Shown: positions 41,349 to 58,397 of the stretch, piece by piece | Numbering within the stretch: the first letter of the stretch is position 1 | Layout: each line of letters starts with the position of its first letter | Program-made: the position numbers and the translations under genes | Notes under the pieces: generated by a model | What the model was told of the DNA's origin: nothing | The model's input: only the letters and a program-made list of their open reading frames with translations | Database searches by the model: none | NCBI RefSeq assembly: GCF_009914755.1 | Contig: NC_060931.1 | DNA: 64,000 nt | Source of the DNA: the human T2T-CHM13v2.0 reference genome, Homo sapiens | Direction: 5' to 3' (one strand)

Positions 41349-42833
41349 TATGGTTCTTTTGGAATGCAGTCATTATTTTTTCAACTTCTCCCCATCTCAT
41401 ACCTTTGCTGCATTTAGTGCATTTGTGGCTTTTAATCTGCTGCATCATTTTACATGTGCTTGTCAAGTATATAGTTTAAGCTTTCCCTGCTTTACCTCAG
41501 AGGCTGTGTTCCAAGCAGTCAAACTGAAAAGAAAAAAAAAAACAAACCCTGAACAATAGAGTAAGGAAGAAATTGCAGGCACTCACTGAGAGGATCATAA
41601 ATGACATCCTACAAATCAGTTTTTACTCTTTTAATGATACAGATGTAAGATGTGCTTCTCCAGCATTTTAATTTTTGATAAACTAGAGTTTAATGTCTTA
41701 TATTATTTGCAAAAAATTCTTATTCAAAAGTTTTGTAATTAAAATATTTCCGCAAGAAAGTTTGCAATATATGCGGTTTCTCTGTCTCCTGAATTGAAGC
41801 ACTTATAGAGAAATTTTTATGTGGTATATTTTCCCTCTGATTAGTGTTCTGCTAGTATTTAATACTGACCGATCCTTGAACTCTGGGTGGCTATGGCCAG
41901 TGCAACTAGTTCATGTATTACGATTTTTAAAAATGACATTTATATTCTCTAAATGGTGCTATTGATTAAAACTGATCATTTATCAGGATGTATATTAGGT
42001 CTCAGACTTGGGGTGAACCTGCAGGGCTTCTTTGCTGAATTTAGACTGCCACTGACAGCTTGTTCTTCTTTAAACATAGCTGATGTTTGCAGCAGAATGT
42101 TGTGCTTCCAAATATATACAATAAAAATAATTAATAAATCAAAATCTAAAAGATTAAAAATTGTTAATTATAATTTTATTATGCAAATGCGGCCCCTACC
42201 AAGATTCAGTCTCTTGTTATTGTCTATTTTCTTGTTTGTCTTCTCCTCAATACGTTTTAATATCTTTGTGGGTAGAGTTTTAATCATCATCATATTCTCA
42301 GTGACTGGCCTAGAGCTCAGTTCATAAAAGCCCTCAGTATTTAAAAATAACATCTGGTGTAAACTCCAGATGATCAGATATTGTTTATAGTTTTGGCAAG
42401 ACATAATCCTGTCTCTGAATAAGCTCACATTTAGGAAGGAATGAAAAATACTCCAATGAGTGGGTATAGTAAAGATAGACTATATGCAGTAGTTACAGAT
42501 TTTTGAGATAGCAAATAATTAATGTTTAAAGTGTCTAGGGACCTGTTGAGGAAAGGATATTCCTTTCTACTCTTTCTCTATGTCCTGTCAAAAACAAATC
42601 TAAGTGCATATGAGATAGAACAAAATCCAGAGCTCAAGTGTGCACATATTAAAAATAATCTAAGCGGTTGCTTTGCTTAATGCTGGAAAATGCCATTTTT
42701 ATAAAATTGATCCTATATGGGCAAAATGACTATGAAGCCAATGTTATTTTATTATTATACAAGCTATGTAATGAAAGTAAAATTTATGTTTAGAGGAATT
42801 AACACAAAATAGAACTCGGTTCTATTGTCTCTA

Positions 42834-43040
42834 TTCAAACATTTTTATTGCATTTTACTGTTACAACAGAAATATATCTGAAGTAGACTGACACTCCCTT
42901 GTTCCCTTAAACAAGGTAGATGATGCATTTTTATGCATTAGTACTTCCATTATAAGTGTCATTTATTGACTGGGGCTGTGAAACAAAAATGCCCTTGGTG
43001 ACCCCTAGGGCCTTATAGCCATGATAATGGGCTCCACTTT
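42834..43040 (+). repeat. 207-bp local direct duplication, copy 2
   Basis: See copy 1; offset 1692 bp. Confidence 0.95.
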
Positions 43041-43479
43041 AAGGGGAAGCATCAGATCTCTAATCCTATTTTGTTTTTATTATCAAATAAAAACAAGTCC
43101 TTGACATTCCATTCATCAGACTGAAAATTGTTTGGTAAAATGTGGTGGAAGTTTTAGATGAGTTAGCAGAGAAGACTCTCTATATAAGAAGCATTTTTAT
43201 ACTGCTTTAAAAATGTCTAAGATTGAATTTAATGAAATAACTGAAAGTTATAAGAGATTATTATTTTGGCAACAGCTGGTAGATTTATCTAGCTATCAAG
43301 AAATTTGGTTAGGAATATTCAGGGAAAAAATTTGGTTATGGCAAAAGCAATAGAAGGCTTTGAAATTTGCAGAAGGGATATTGTGCATGTCACAGTACAC
43401 AAATAAATCTGCCCAGGAAGACTTTTTTGTCATAAAATTACTGACATTAATAAAAAAACAAAATGAAAAATAAATTCAC

Positions 43480-44330
43480 ACATAATTAAACTGCTACCCC
43501 AAAATGAATTGCTTTCTTTTCATATAATCCTTATCAATATGTATATACAATTTGTGGTTACAAACCCTGTACTTTTGTACAGTTTGCTTTTCTTTTAGGA
43601 TTATATCCAATATTCTATCCTACTATTCAGTCTTAATTATTATCACTTAAATTTTAATTACCACTTTTATCTGTTAGGTATTTCCTTAAGTGAACATTTT
43701 CACAATTTCCTCAGCTATTTTCCTATTAGTAGATAGTCTCTAATATGCTTCTAAATTTATACTATAATAAAAATACCCTAATGATAATTTTATGCTTATA
43801 AATATTTTAGATTTATGCAGTTATTTGTTTCCTTGGAAGAAAATCCCAGAAATGATACTACAAGTCAATTTTTTTCCCGTATTTACTTTTTAAAGGAGTT
43901 TCATCAGCTTAAAGTGCTATCAGGAATGTTTGAATATACCATTTTCCCCATAAGCTTTTTAGAATTTCACAGTATAATTATATAATTTTGCTTGTTTGGT
44001 AGGTAGATAATATTATCTTCCTGTTTCAGTTTTTATTTCTGGTGCAGGAAAAACATTTTTCATGTTTGTTTGTTCATTGTCTTTCCTTTTACGTACATTA
44101 TCTTTTCATGTCACTGGCTTATTTACCTATTGAAGTCAATGTATTTTTTAACCTGCTTAAATAATATAGGTTGTAATCACTTTGCTACAAATACTCATTC
44201 CTATTTTTTGATTCTTTGAGTTTTTATTATCAGTAATTTCATTAATAGTTTTCCATTATATTTTGTGGAATTTTAGGACCATTTGATAGTAATTTTCTAT
44301 ATTTCCTATTATAAAATCACTTGCACTTAG
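43480..44330 (-). mobile_element. Very old L1ME-like fragment
   Basis: Antisense L1 3' motifs (aaatcccagaaatg; atataccattttcccca; aacatttttcatgtttgtttgttcatt). Confidence 0.5.
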
Positions 44331-44836
44331 GTGGTGTTGGTTTAAATAATTGTTTTTCACTATTTTTTGTTTCTAATTAGAACAAAAAAGAGACATTTCT
44401 TAATACAAGTATATGCTAAGACCGACTTTAAATATCTAAAGATATTATGTTAATAAGAATATTAGTCATCTTTTTGAGTATCTACCGGGTCTACGATGAC
44501 TATTTTCCTCTAAAATCTGAACCACCTCCCTAATGCTCTACTGTCAGCTACCTATAAACCATACAATCTACCTGCTGCCAGTGATTGGACTCAGCTGTGT
44601 TCTAGAACCTAAATGATGCCAGTGAAGCTGAAAAGTGGCCATCTTCTGCTAAGAGCATGTAGAAGTAAAACAAATGAAGCAGTTATGCAGAGAGAAGCAT
44701 GGAGGGACAGAGGAAGCTCTCAACCTCTTTAGGACTTTCCAGTTTCTGGATCCTGTCTGTCCTGAGAACTTGTCACATTTCTTGGGCACAGGTCCTGTGA
44801 ATAATCTTTTACCCCTACATCAAATTCCACCACTTA

Positions 44837-45188
<352 letters not shown>

Positions 45189-46480
45189 TCAAAACAAGGG
45201 CCAGACTTTTTGTTGAAGAATTACGACATTCTTGTCACAGCCTCCCAACTAAAATAACATCTTACAGATTTTTGTGTATTGTGTTTTGCTTCATTCGGAT
45301 AATTTGATCAGACACATGCAACTAACTTCTGTGTTTTCTTATCTTCTGAACATTGCCTTTGGTTCTGGGCTAATTGAGTGGGCAAGTGGCTTCTATTTCA
45401 AGATACCTTTTCTGGAAATAATTATTTAACTTACAGATATGGGCTAGAGTCAGTAAAAATGTATTTTCATAAAATAGGTTGATATTCATCTCTACCTGAA
45501 ATAAAAAAACTAATAGAACTTGTTTTAATGTGAAAATGCAAAACGTTGCAAACCTTACCAATAAGCAAAGCAACTTCTGGGTAGGTACCAAAAAGACTGT
45601 CTGTCACAAGCTTTTATTTTCCTGTATACAGTAAGTGTTCCATATATTTTTACTGAATGAATGTGTGAATAAGTAAATGCAGTTATAGAAAGTATAACCT
45701 AACAAAAAGAGAAACATTGATTTGACTCTTGGAAAAATAAAGATTATATGTTTTTATAAAGTTACAGATCTGAGGTTCCTCATATTGAACTACTGGCACT
45801 TTATATCATATTTGCTTTTGACTATGTTTCCTTTTGAACTAGTGAGCTTTTATACTCCTCTAACATTGTAGTATAACAAGTATTTATCTTACTTTTTCAC
45901 TATGCTGTAAACCCCTGAAGACAAGGATTACCTTATTTTTCTTATTCACTGTGTGTGAATATTATTGATTTTGTTTCTTTTGGAGTCTTAAAATATTATG
46001 CTATTATGAATTATAAGTTTACTTTAAAAAACCCTTAATAGTTAATTGAATATGGCCTTTACCCAGAAACTTGAGAATATAATGACAAGCTTGATGCTAG
46101 TGCCATGCTTCCCAGTATTTGTAATTAAAACAGTCAGAATTACCATAAGAGATCCTGACTAGAGATGTACTTGATTACTTACTGTTTGAAAAGAAATTTT
46201 TTAAAATGACATAAAGCTATCTTGCTCTATTTTTACTTCACCTTAGATAAAAAAGATTTGATGCCATTGGGAAAATATAATACAGGATCAACCATTATTC
46301 AGAATTTTAAATTTCAGGTCATTGTTAAATTATAGAAGAGTGGCGCCTGATTCAAATTGTAATTTTGATGGTTTCTTACATGACAGTTTCCTGAATTTGT
46401 TTTTAGGGAGTTTTTACAATAAAGAGGTTTTACAATAAAGATATAAAAATGTGCCTATTGAATATATCAATTTTGATGTT

Positions 46481-46825
<345 letters not shown>

Positions 46826-47306
46826 TGAAACTGCATCACACCATGGTCTCAGAGATTAAAGGAGCAGCTTGTATTGTAAATGTTGTTCATAAAACATACA
46901 GCTATCAGGCTGTTTCCAAAAGGTCAGTAGATAGTGTGACCACCTATCACATACTAAAATATTTTCATGTTTAGACCTACTAACTGGAGTGTTATCCACT
47001 GCCCTACTTAGAAATTCAAGGTTGTGGTAGGAGGAATCTAAAGAAGCATGGAGTACAGTCAAGACCATGTCTTTTTCAAGAGCATTATTATTCAGGGATC
47101 ACAGCATATACATTCTATAAAAATAAGGTATATATTCTGGAAGGTCTGTATAGTCCCTTCTTACTTCTTACTGTTCCTTATAAAAATTTTATTTCAGAAA
47201 TGACTCCTTTAAAGGAAAAAAAAAAGAAACAATGATTTCTCTGAGACTTACTTTGACTTTTTAATGAACTTCCTACATTTAGACATTCAGATATTTAGAC
47301 ATTTAG

Positions 47307-47772
47307 AATCAACCCAAATGTCCATCAGTGATAGATTATATAAAGAAAATGTGGTACATATATACTATGGAATACTATGGAGCCATAAAAAGGAATGAGA
47401 TCATGTTATTTTCAGGGACATAGACGGAGCTGGAAGGCATTACCGTCAGCAAACTATTGCAGGAACAGAAAACCAAACACTGAATGTTCTCACTTATAAT
47501 TGGAGCTGAATGATGCAAATGCATGTGACACATGGTGGGGAACAACACATGCTAGGGCCTGTCAGGGCAAGGCAGGGGCAGGGGCAGGGGCAGGGGCAGG
47601 GGCAGGGGCAGGGGCAGGGGCAAGGAGAATATCAGGGAGAATAGCTAATAGATGCTCTGCGTAATACCTAGGTGATGGGTTGATCTGTACAGCAGACCAC
47701 CATGGCACACGTTTAACTATGTAACAAACCTGCACATGTACCTCAGAACTTAAAATAAGTTGAAGAAAAAAA
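47307..47772 (+). mobile_element. Older L1PA (about PA11-13) 3' end
   Basis: caacccaaatgtccatca...taatacctaggtgatgggttgatctgt...acttaaaataag plus A-tail. Confidence 0.88.
47575..47622 (+). repeat. (GGGGCA)8 perfect hexamer repeat
   Basis: Eight units counted, within the L1 3'UTR G-rich tract. Confidence 0.96.
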
Positions 47773-47950
47773 TATAAAAAATATTATTATTTATTATAAT
47801 TCATTTTCAGATTTTTTTCTTTACTTCTCCTAAAAGTACTCTCATTTGCATAAAGTGCAGTTTTAAAACTAGAGTAAATATCTCACAGATCTGGAATGCC
47901 TTCAAATATGTCTTTGAAAATAATACTGAAACAGGAAAAGTTCCCTTGTC

Positions 47951-49651
<1,701 letters not shown>

Positions 49652-51953
49652 AAAAGTTCCCTTGTCCCCCTCGCAGGATGTGCGATGGGGGTGTGGCTTG
49701 CTTCTTCAGTGTCCCGCTTCTCAGACCTCTAGCAGAACATGCAAATGGGCAGGCTGTGGGGCTCCGACCCCATGGCAGTGTCTAGGGGTGAATGTTTACA
49801 TCTCCTGAAGCCCCAGTGGGCATATGCTACCGTGTTCTCTTTTAGTTTTGCCGTCTATAGGTGGCTTTTGTTAACCAGCTCAATTAGACCATCTGCCTTG
49901 TCACAAGAACAGAGGGCTTTCTGTATCCCAGGTTCTTGCCTTGGTGTACCAGAAGAATCAGTTCACACCTGGGCTTGGAGAATGAGTGCAAGGTTTTAGT
50001 GAATGGAGGTAGCTCTCAGCAGACGGGAGAAGCCAGAAGGGGATGGAGTAGGAAGGTTTTCCCCTGGAGTTGGGCCTCTCAGCGGCCCAGGGTCTCCTCT
50101 GCCCCAGTCAAACTCTGTGTTGGTCTGCCAGTCGATGGCCTGCCAGCGTGCAGGTGTTCTCCTATGCTGGTGTGCTCCTCTGGACGTATAGCTGCTTGTG
50201 TGTTCCTCTTGACGTCCAGCAGCTTGTGTGTCGGCCTGCAAGGGTCTTGGGGATTTTATAGGCACAGGATAGGGGCACAGCAGGCCAGAGGAGGTCTTGG
50301 GAAATACAACATTTGGGCAGGAAAACAAAAACCCTTGTCCTCACCTAGGTCCATGGGCACAGGCCCCGGGTGTGGAGCCCTAGCCAGGGACCACGCCCTC
50401 CTCTACTCCACACTTCCCTTTCTCCCTTCTGTAGCATTTAAAAGGAACATGCCCTTCCCTTCCCAGCACTTCCCTTCTGTATCAATACTATTGAAACTAG
50501 TTTTTAAAAAATCTAGCTGGGTGATGCTATTGCACTAAAACACCACTACTACACCAGGGACAAGCACTAGCTACATTTTTTTTTTAATTGTAGAGATATT
50601 TCTCTCATAATTTAGTTTTGTTTATTTTACAGTTTCAAAAGCATAAACTCTAATTGGTAGGATAAAAACTTCTTTCTCTTTGATTGAGTACCTTGTAAAT
50701 TATGACCAGTTTTTACATAAAAACCTCAAGGTCATTCTGTAGGGGAAAGATTGAGGACATATTTAGCAGCATGCATCCATTGATTTACTGGATTTCTCAA
50801 ACCTGGCACACATCAACCATCTGGAGTGTAGAAGAAAACTCCATGAATTTGTTAAAAGTTTGCTGTGTTTCTCTCATGAAACATAAAGTCATAAAGAAAT
50901 AGTTGCTGGTGGATAGTAAGAAAGGGAGTTGGGGTGAGCAAACCCAATATATAGTGGTGACCAGCTTGCAAGTAGCCAAGTAGTTACTAGAAATTTGTGC
51001 TAGCATTAGTCCTACACCATTAATTTTATCCCTGTACACACTGGGAAATAAAGAAATGTAGAGCCATTGAATCCAGGGGTTCGTAGTAAACCCAAAATTG
51101 ACCACCAGCTTCTGTCTGTTCAGTACATCATCTGTGCTGGCAATATGTGTCCCACAAAAAGCAAGATCAGAAAAGACCAGTGAAGATTCTGCACATATAG
51201 ATTAGGGTGTTTCTTCTTCTTACTTAATACATAATAATCACATTTTTCAATAATACAAAAAAATGCTCCCACAGATCACAATTCCTAAGCATTTTCTTTC
51301 TATACTCTTTTTTTTTGGTGGGAAATTTTGTTGTCAGTCACTCATGTAACTACTTGATATTTATGCACAAGGACATGATCTGCATATTAGATTTATGTAT
51401 CAGGTTTGCCAATTTGGCTGCCTGTATTATATAATACAGGATCAACCATTTATCCCTGCCAATTCATCCTAGTGTCTTAAAAATGGGATGGGTATTGAAA
51501 GGTAAAATAATCTATCAGAGCTTCCATTTATATTCATTTAAAAGAACTTAAGAAGTAAACTAAATCCCACTACTATAAAATGTATGAAGGAACACTGTCA
51601 AGCCCACTGCATGCATAATTACAGGTGAATACGTATCTCACACTGTGAGGTAAGTTGAAATAAGAGGGCAGAAACTCCCCAGCCTGGAGACAGGGGTAAA
51701 ACCCACATTTGTTCACTTGATTTCAATATCTTGCATATATTACAGTTTACAGATGTTCTAGTAGATGGATTTATACATATATAAAATCAACAAATGATTT
51801 CAAAGATTTCATATAAAAAGACCTCACACTGAGGGTAGTACTAATAATGCAAAAACAAATAAATAAAAATAAAAGGGCAGATGGCACACTTCTCTTCCAA
51901 GCAATGTTTTTCATTAGCCAGGGTGTAGTCTAAAAATACTAACAATCAATTTT

Positions 51954-52246
51954 TTAGTTATGTATTTATTTTGAGACAGAGTCTCACTCTGTCACCCAGG
52001 CTGGAGTGCAGTGGCGCGATCTCGGCTCACTGCAACCTCCGTCTCCTGAGTTCAAGTGATTTTTCTCGTACCTCAGCCTCCTGGGTAGCTGGGATTACAG
52101 GCGTGTGCCACCACGCCCGGCTGATTTTTGTATGTTTAGTAGAGACAGGGGTTATGCCATGTTTGCCAGGCTGGTTTCGAACTCCTGGCCTCAAGCCAGT
52201 CACCCTAAAGTGCTGGGGTTACAGGCATGAGCCACTGCAACCGGCC
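51954..52246 (-). mobile_element. AluS with small left-arm deletion
   Basis: TSD AATCAATTTT (51944-51953, 52249-52258). Confidence 0.92.
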
Positions 52247-52913
52247 CTAATCAATTTTACAACAACCGTTCAACATAAGTGGTTAAGATGCTTTGAAATA
52301 TAGAGATTTATACCTATTATCATGATACATTTTTCTTTCCACAAATATATCTTGCATATTGTATCTGTTGTATATTTTTAACTTATATTTCTCAGATATA
52401 ATAGTCATTAAATTAAGTGTAGAAATAACCTGAATTTAGAATCATACTTTTCAATGGCTGCATCACAATTTTAAACAAGTAATTTTAAAAGTTCTGAATA
52501 TTTACTTACATTTAGCACACATATTATCCTATAAGTATAAATGCATATAATGCAAATATTTAAATATAATTATTCATTATTTTAGTGAAAGCAAAATATT
52601 TTAGTCCCATTAAAATTAACTATTTAAAATATTAAAATATTATTTATTATCTTATCTTTATCTCATTCTTTTCCATTTCTACTTAGTGCATATTTTTATA
52701 ATGTACAAAATATTATAATAACATATATATCTAATTTATGAGAAATCTTCAGAAACCAGTCATTTATGCTAAAAAATTACGCTGATTGTGGTACATGGTC
52801 AAAAATTTTGGTGACAACCCTTATAACCTAACTCATTTACTTGAAGCGAATGCTGGATGTGTTCCATGCTGCAAGGGACCACTGAAGATCTCCTTCAGGT
52901 ATAGTCAGTAGAA

Positions 52914-53061
52914 CAGTGCTTCTCAAAGCATTCAAATTACTTGAGATATTGGTAAAATGAAGATTCAGTAGGTCTTGGGGGGTCTGAAGTTCTTCATTTA
53001 TAGTAAGATTCCAAGTAACACTTATGCTACTGGTGTCCAGAGCCCACTTTGAGTGTCATGG
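52914..53061. mobile_element. MER5A-like MITE
   Basis: cagtgcttctcaaag...gattcagtaggtct...cccactttgagt. Confidence 0.7.
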
Positions 53062-53544
53062 CTGTAGAGTACATAGAGAAATATGGAGTGACTATTTCCC
53101 TCTCTGACATCTCACTGCACAGACAATCTGTGGCAGCCATGATTCCAGGCCTTGCTAATAGTTAAACATCCTTTAGTTTAGGTAATATGGAGTTTGATTG
53201 AATACGAGTTGGAGAAACACGAATTTACAGTCATGATAACAAATTACTTCCTCTAAGTAGTCAGTGGTTTTTCATTTAGTGACATTGGCATGACCTCAGC
53301 TGAAGGATTTAGGATCCTATGTGGAAGCAGCAGAGCACAGTTACAAGAGAAGAGAGCAAGGGTTGACCTGCTGGTAGGGTTTCCAGGTTGTTATTAGAAG
53401 AGACTGCTGTGGGACAGTATGCAGCAAGATCTCATTCAGGATATTTTAGCAGTGGAAAAGATTATTCCTTTTTGAGAAGACCATACTAGATGTGTATTTG
53501 ATATAGTCAAGTGTATCAGGATACATTGAATCAGAAGGCAGCAT

Positions 53545-53752
53545 AATAAGGTAGTCAAGATATTAGGCTCTGAAGCCGGATCTCCCGGTATGCAGCTTGA
53601 TATTTGGCAAGTTACTGAGTTTCTCAATCCATAATAATTATAGCAATACCTACCTCGCAGGGTTGTTGTGACAATTAATGAGCAAATATATATGAAACAC
53701 TTAGAAGAGGGCCTGACAAATAATCAGTAACTAATAAATATTAGCAGTTATT
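53545..53752 (+). mobile_element. MIR
   Basis: ttggcaagttact; tacctacctcgcagggttgttgtga; aaacacttagaagagggcctgaca. Confidence 0.8.
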
Positions 53753-53774
53753 CTCTATATATTAGAAAAATGTC

Positions 53775-54070
53775 AGCTGGGCACAGTGGCTCACGCCTGT
53801 AATCCCAGCAATTTGGGAGGCCAAGGTGGGCAGATCACTTGAGGTCAGGAGTTTGAGACTAGCCTGGCCAACATGGTGAAACCCTGTCTATACTAAAAAT
53901 ACAATAATTAGCTGGGCATGGTGGCACGTGCCTGTAATCCCAGCTACTCGGGAGGCTGAGGCAGGAGAATCACTTGAACCTGGGAGGCAGTGAGCCGAGT
54001 TAGCACCACTGGACTCCAGCCTTGGTGACAGAGCAAGACTCCATTTAAAAAGAGAAATGAAAGAAAAAAA
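53775..54070 (+). mobile_element. AluS (Sx/Sz-like)
   Basis: TSD AGAAAAATGT (53764-53773, 54071-54080). Confidence 0.93.
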
Positions 54071-54417
54071 AGAAAAATGTATCCATGAATATATCTAGTT
54101 ACTATTCTTCAAGAAAATAGAGAAATGATGTGGCCTCAGGTGACCAAAACATTGGGAGTATTTTATGAGTGGAGAACACTAACTAAACTCAAGGTCACAT
54201 TACTGAGGCATAATATATTTTAGATTTGAGGATTTGTGATATATTTTATTAAATAATTAAGCAACCATGCTAACTGAGCAGCTAACATATGCACATCCAC
54301 GTGTTAGAGCTTGAAGGAGCACAAAAACATATAAGAAATGGTAACTGTCCTTGAGGTATCAGACCTCAAACAGAATATATTCATGTATAACATAGTATTA
54401 TATGTGAATTAAATGCC

Positions 54418-54821
54418 TGCCTTGGTTTGTGCCATTAAAATAAAATACTGGAGACTGAGTAATTTATAAAGAATGGAAATTTATTTCTGACAGTTATGAA
54501 GGCTGGGAAGTTCAATATCAAGGTGCCAGCAGGTTTAGTGTTTGTTGTTTGGTGAGGGCCCCATCTCTGCTCTAAGATGGCACCTGAGTGCTGCACCCTC
54601 CAGAGGGAGCAAACAGCATGTCTTCACATGGTGAAAGAAATGGAAGGGCATAAGAGCCAGTTAGTTCCCTCAGCCCTTGTATAACGACTTTAATCCATCT
54701 ATGAGGCCAGAACCCTTATGGCCTAATCACTTCCTGAAGGTCCCACTTCTTAATACTGTTGCATTGAGAATTACGTTTCAACAGGAATTTTGGAGGGGAC
54801 ACAAACATTCAAACCATAGCA
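54418..54821 (-). mobile_element. MSTC/MSTD-like MaLR LTR
   Basis: gtaatttataaagaatggaaatttatttct...ggaggggacacaaacattcaaaccatagca. Confidence 0.85.
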
Positions 54822-54899
54822 GTCTAAAATGGGTGATTATGCAGTATCTGTTCCAATTAATGAGCATTAATTGCATTAACTAATGCAATTAAAAATCTG

Positions 54900-56071
<1,172 letters not shown>

Positions 56072-57357
56072 TCATGAGGTATTATTGTGCTAGTCTAGAC
56101 ATCAGTTTTGTTAAACCTCAAACGGTGAAAGAAAATGTTCAAATTTTACAAAGAGGGATATATAAATGTTGATAAATATTTTTTAATTTTATATATCTCT
56201 AAGGGTAGCCTCAGGAAGTCTCAGAAACAAATAGTGGATTCCGAAAAATCTAATATACAATATGTTCCCCAACCATTTGTCCCATTCTTCCTTTTTCCAT
56301 CTTATTACTTCTATATCTGCAAAGCACATTTTGTTGCTTTTAGCATTTTTCAAAATTACCAATTTGGTCTTTAGACTTCTTGAGTCTACTTTAGATTAAA
56401 ATTGCAGGCAGAACTGCACAACATCTATTTTTCTTTTTTCCCTCTCTCTTAAATAGATCATTCTTCACACTTGAAGGGGTAGAGTGTGCATGTAGGGCAG
56501 GGGTGACAATATGAGGGCAACTGCCTGTTTTTAAGTAGAATCAAAGTCCCAGATGAAGCCAAAATATTTTTCTAGTGCTGAAACCTTGCTGAAGCTGCAT
56601 CTCTATAAACAGTCAGGGATCAAAGAAAATGGGAGAGGAATTCTCCTTCCTTGTGAATGATGGTTTAGTTGTTTGTTCAAGTAGAAGCCTTGAAAAGTCT
56701 TGTATGTGGTTATACATATTTGAGTTAGTCCTGTTTGAGACCCCTAAATAGGAGGCAAACACAAGGAGGATGCTAAGAGGTGTTTTTTGAGTTAAAATGG
56801 TGGCAGGGAAATCACCATTTAGAAAACTCTTCCTAACAATATGTACCATGTACTTCATTATCCCTGGCCTATGTCTATTTTCTGAATGGCTTGATGCAAC
56901 ATTCTATTTCATCTTGTTGACATTTCTGATGTTGCCAAATAAAGAGTTGTCTTTCCTCATACTAGCTTTCTCATCATTTAAAAATATTTTCCTCTTTTTA
57001 TGCATATTATCTGGAATTCAGCATTTATAGTGTGATATGTTGTGAATATCAATTATCATCACTTTTTCACATTAATCTTTTCAGATTTCTTAAATAATCT
57101 ACTCAATAATTATACACACTTTGATATACCTGGGATCCAATTATAACATAGAATTCCATTCTTTGCAATAAATTTATCTTGAATAGAATCTTCTAGATTT
57201 CCTCACATTACTACTGCTTTTATACTAGTATTTTTAGAATATTGAATTTTGTAAGAAAAATTAGTATTTCACTGCCCATTAAATATTATAAATTTTTAAA
57301 TTACTTTCAAAGATATTAATTGACTTAAAAATCACTGTTTCTGGTCATAGTTAAGTG

Positions 57358-57422
57358 TTATGTTGGTGCAAAAGTAATTGCGGGTTTGCCATAAAACCAC
57401 AATTACTTTTGCACCAACCTAA
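57358..57422. mobile_element. MADE1 (Hsmar1-derived MITE), centrally deleted
   Basis: Inverted ttatgttggtgcaaaagtaattgcgg / ccacaattacttttgcaccaacctaa followed by TA. Confidence 0.93.
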
Positions 57423-57540
57423 TAAATTCTGCAGACAGAATTATAAGTATGTTAAGAATCCATCTGGGACTTGCAGCTGTTGAAACAGTTTACTTGGTAA
57501 CAACTCCAAATCTGGGGTGGCCACAGATTTTGTTTACTGA

Positions 57541-57833
57541 TTTTTTTTAACTTTTATTTTAAGTTCAGGGGTATATGTATAGCTTTGTTACATAGGTAAA
57601 TGTGTCATGGGGGTTTGTTGTACAGATTATTTCATCACCTAGGTGTTAAGCCTAGTGCCCATTAATTATTTATCCTGATTCTCTCCCTCCCACCTTCCAC
57701 CCTCCTGTAGGCCCCAGAGTGTGTTGTTCCCCTCTAGGTGTTCGTGTGTTCTCATCATTTTGCTGTCGTTCATGTGTTCTCATCATTTTGCTCCCACTTG
57801 TAAATGAGAGCATGCTGTATTTGTTTTTCTGTT
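57541..57833 (-). mobile_element. Older L1PA 3' end
   Basis: ttaacttttattttaagttcagggg...; internal 25-bp duplication (57740-57764, 57768-57792). Confidence 0.88.
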
Positions 57834-58397
57834 TGGCTGCTTCTAAAGGCAGATAGTCCCAATCTTCTCTATTGGAAGAAAAATATATTTACCAAAATAT
57901 AGTCTTACTTGTGAATGATCAAATTGCCTTAGGCCAATTTACAATATTATTAGCAACATAAAAGTGTATTTCCAATATAAAATTTGCAGATAGATTTTAA
58001 TAAGATAGCAAAATAATATAGCATGTTTGAGATAATTCATTTATATGTATTCATTCCTAAATCATTAAAATTCAGTTAAAAAATAATGCCAGAATATTTT
58101 GAGAGTATTTAAATGCTTTGATGTGAAAATTTTATGGTCCCAGAATGCAATTATATTAACCTCACCTTGGCATATATAGGAAAGGGGTTTGTATTAGGGG
58201 AAAAACAAAAACAAATCTTCCTCTTTCAGTACCAAACATGTAAAAACCCCAAAACAACTCAGATAGTTACCACAATCTGATGTATTGACAATAAAAATAA
58301 TTTTAAAAATATTTATTTAGAACAAAGTATCATAATTTCTTGGGACATATAACCGATATTATAAATAGCATCTTGTTTGAGCCTATTTTTTGTTTCC

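Noticed and set aside
41953-42327. 124-aa hydrophobic ORF and a SOX-OCT-like TTTTATTATGCAAAT between the 207-bp repeats
   Set aside because: Hydrophobicity follows from T-rich codons; the SOX half-site lacks its core G, and lone octamers are common in AT-rich DNA.
49936-50538. Longest ORF in the window (200 aa) and overlapping ORFs
   Set aside because: Lies in the GC-rich LTR1-like element, starts at a non-ATG codon and has no recognisable domain.
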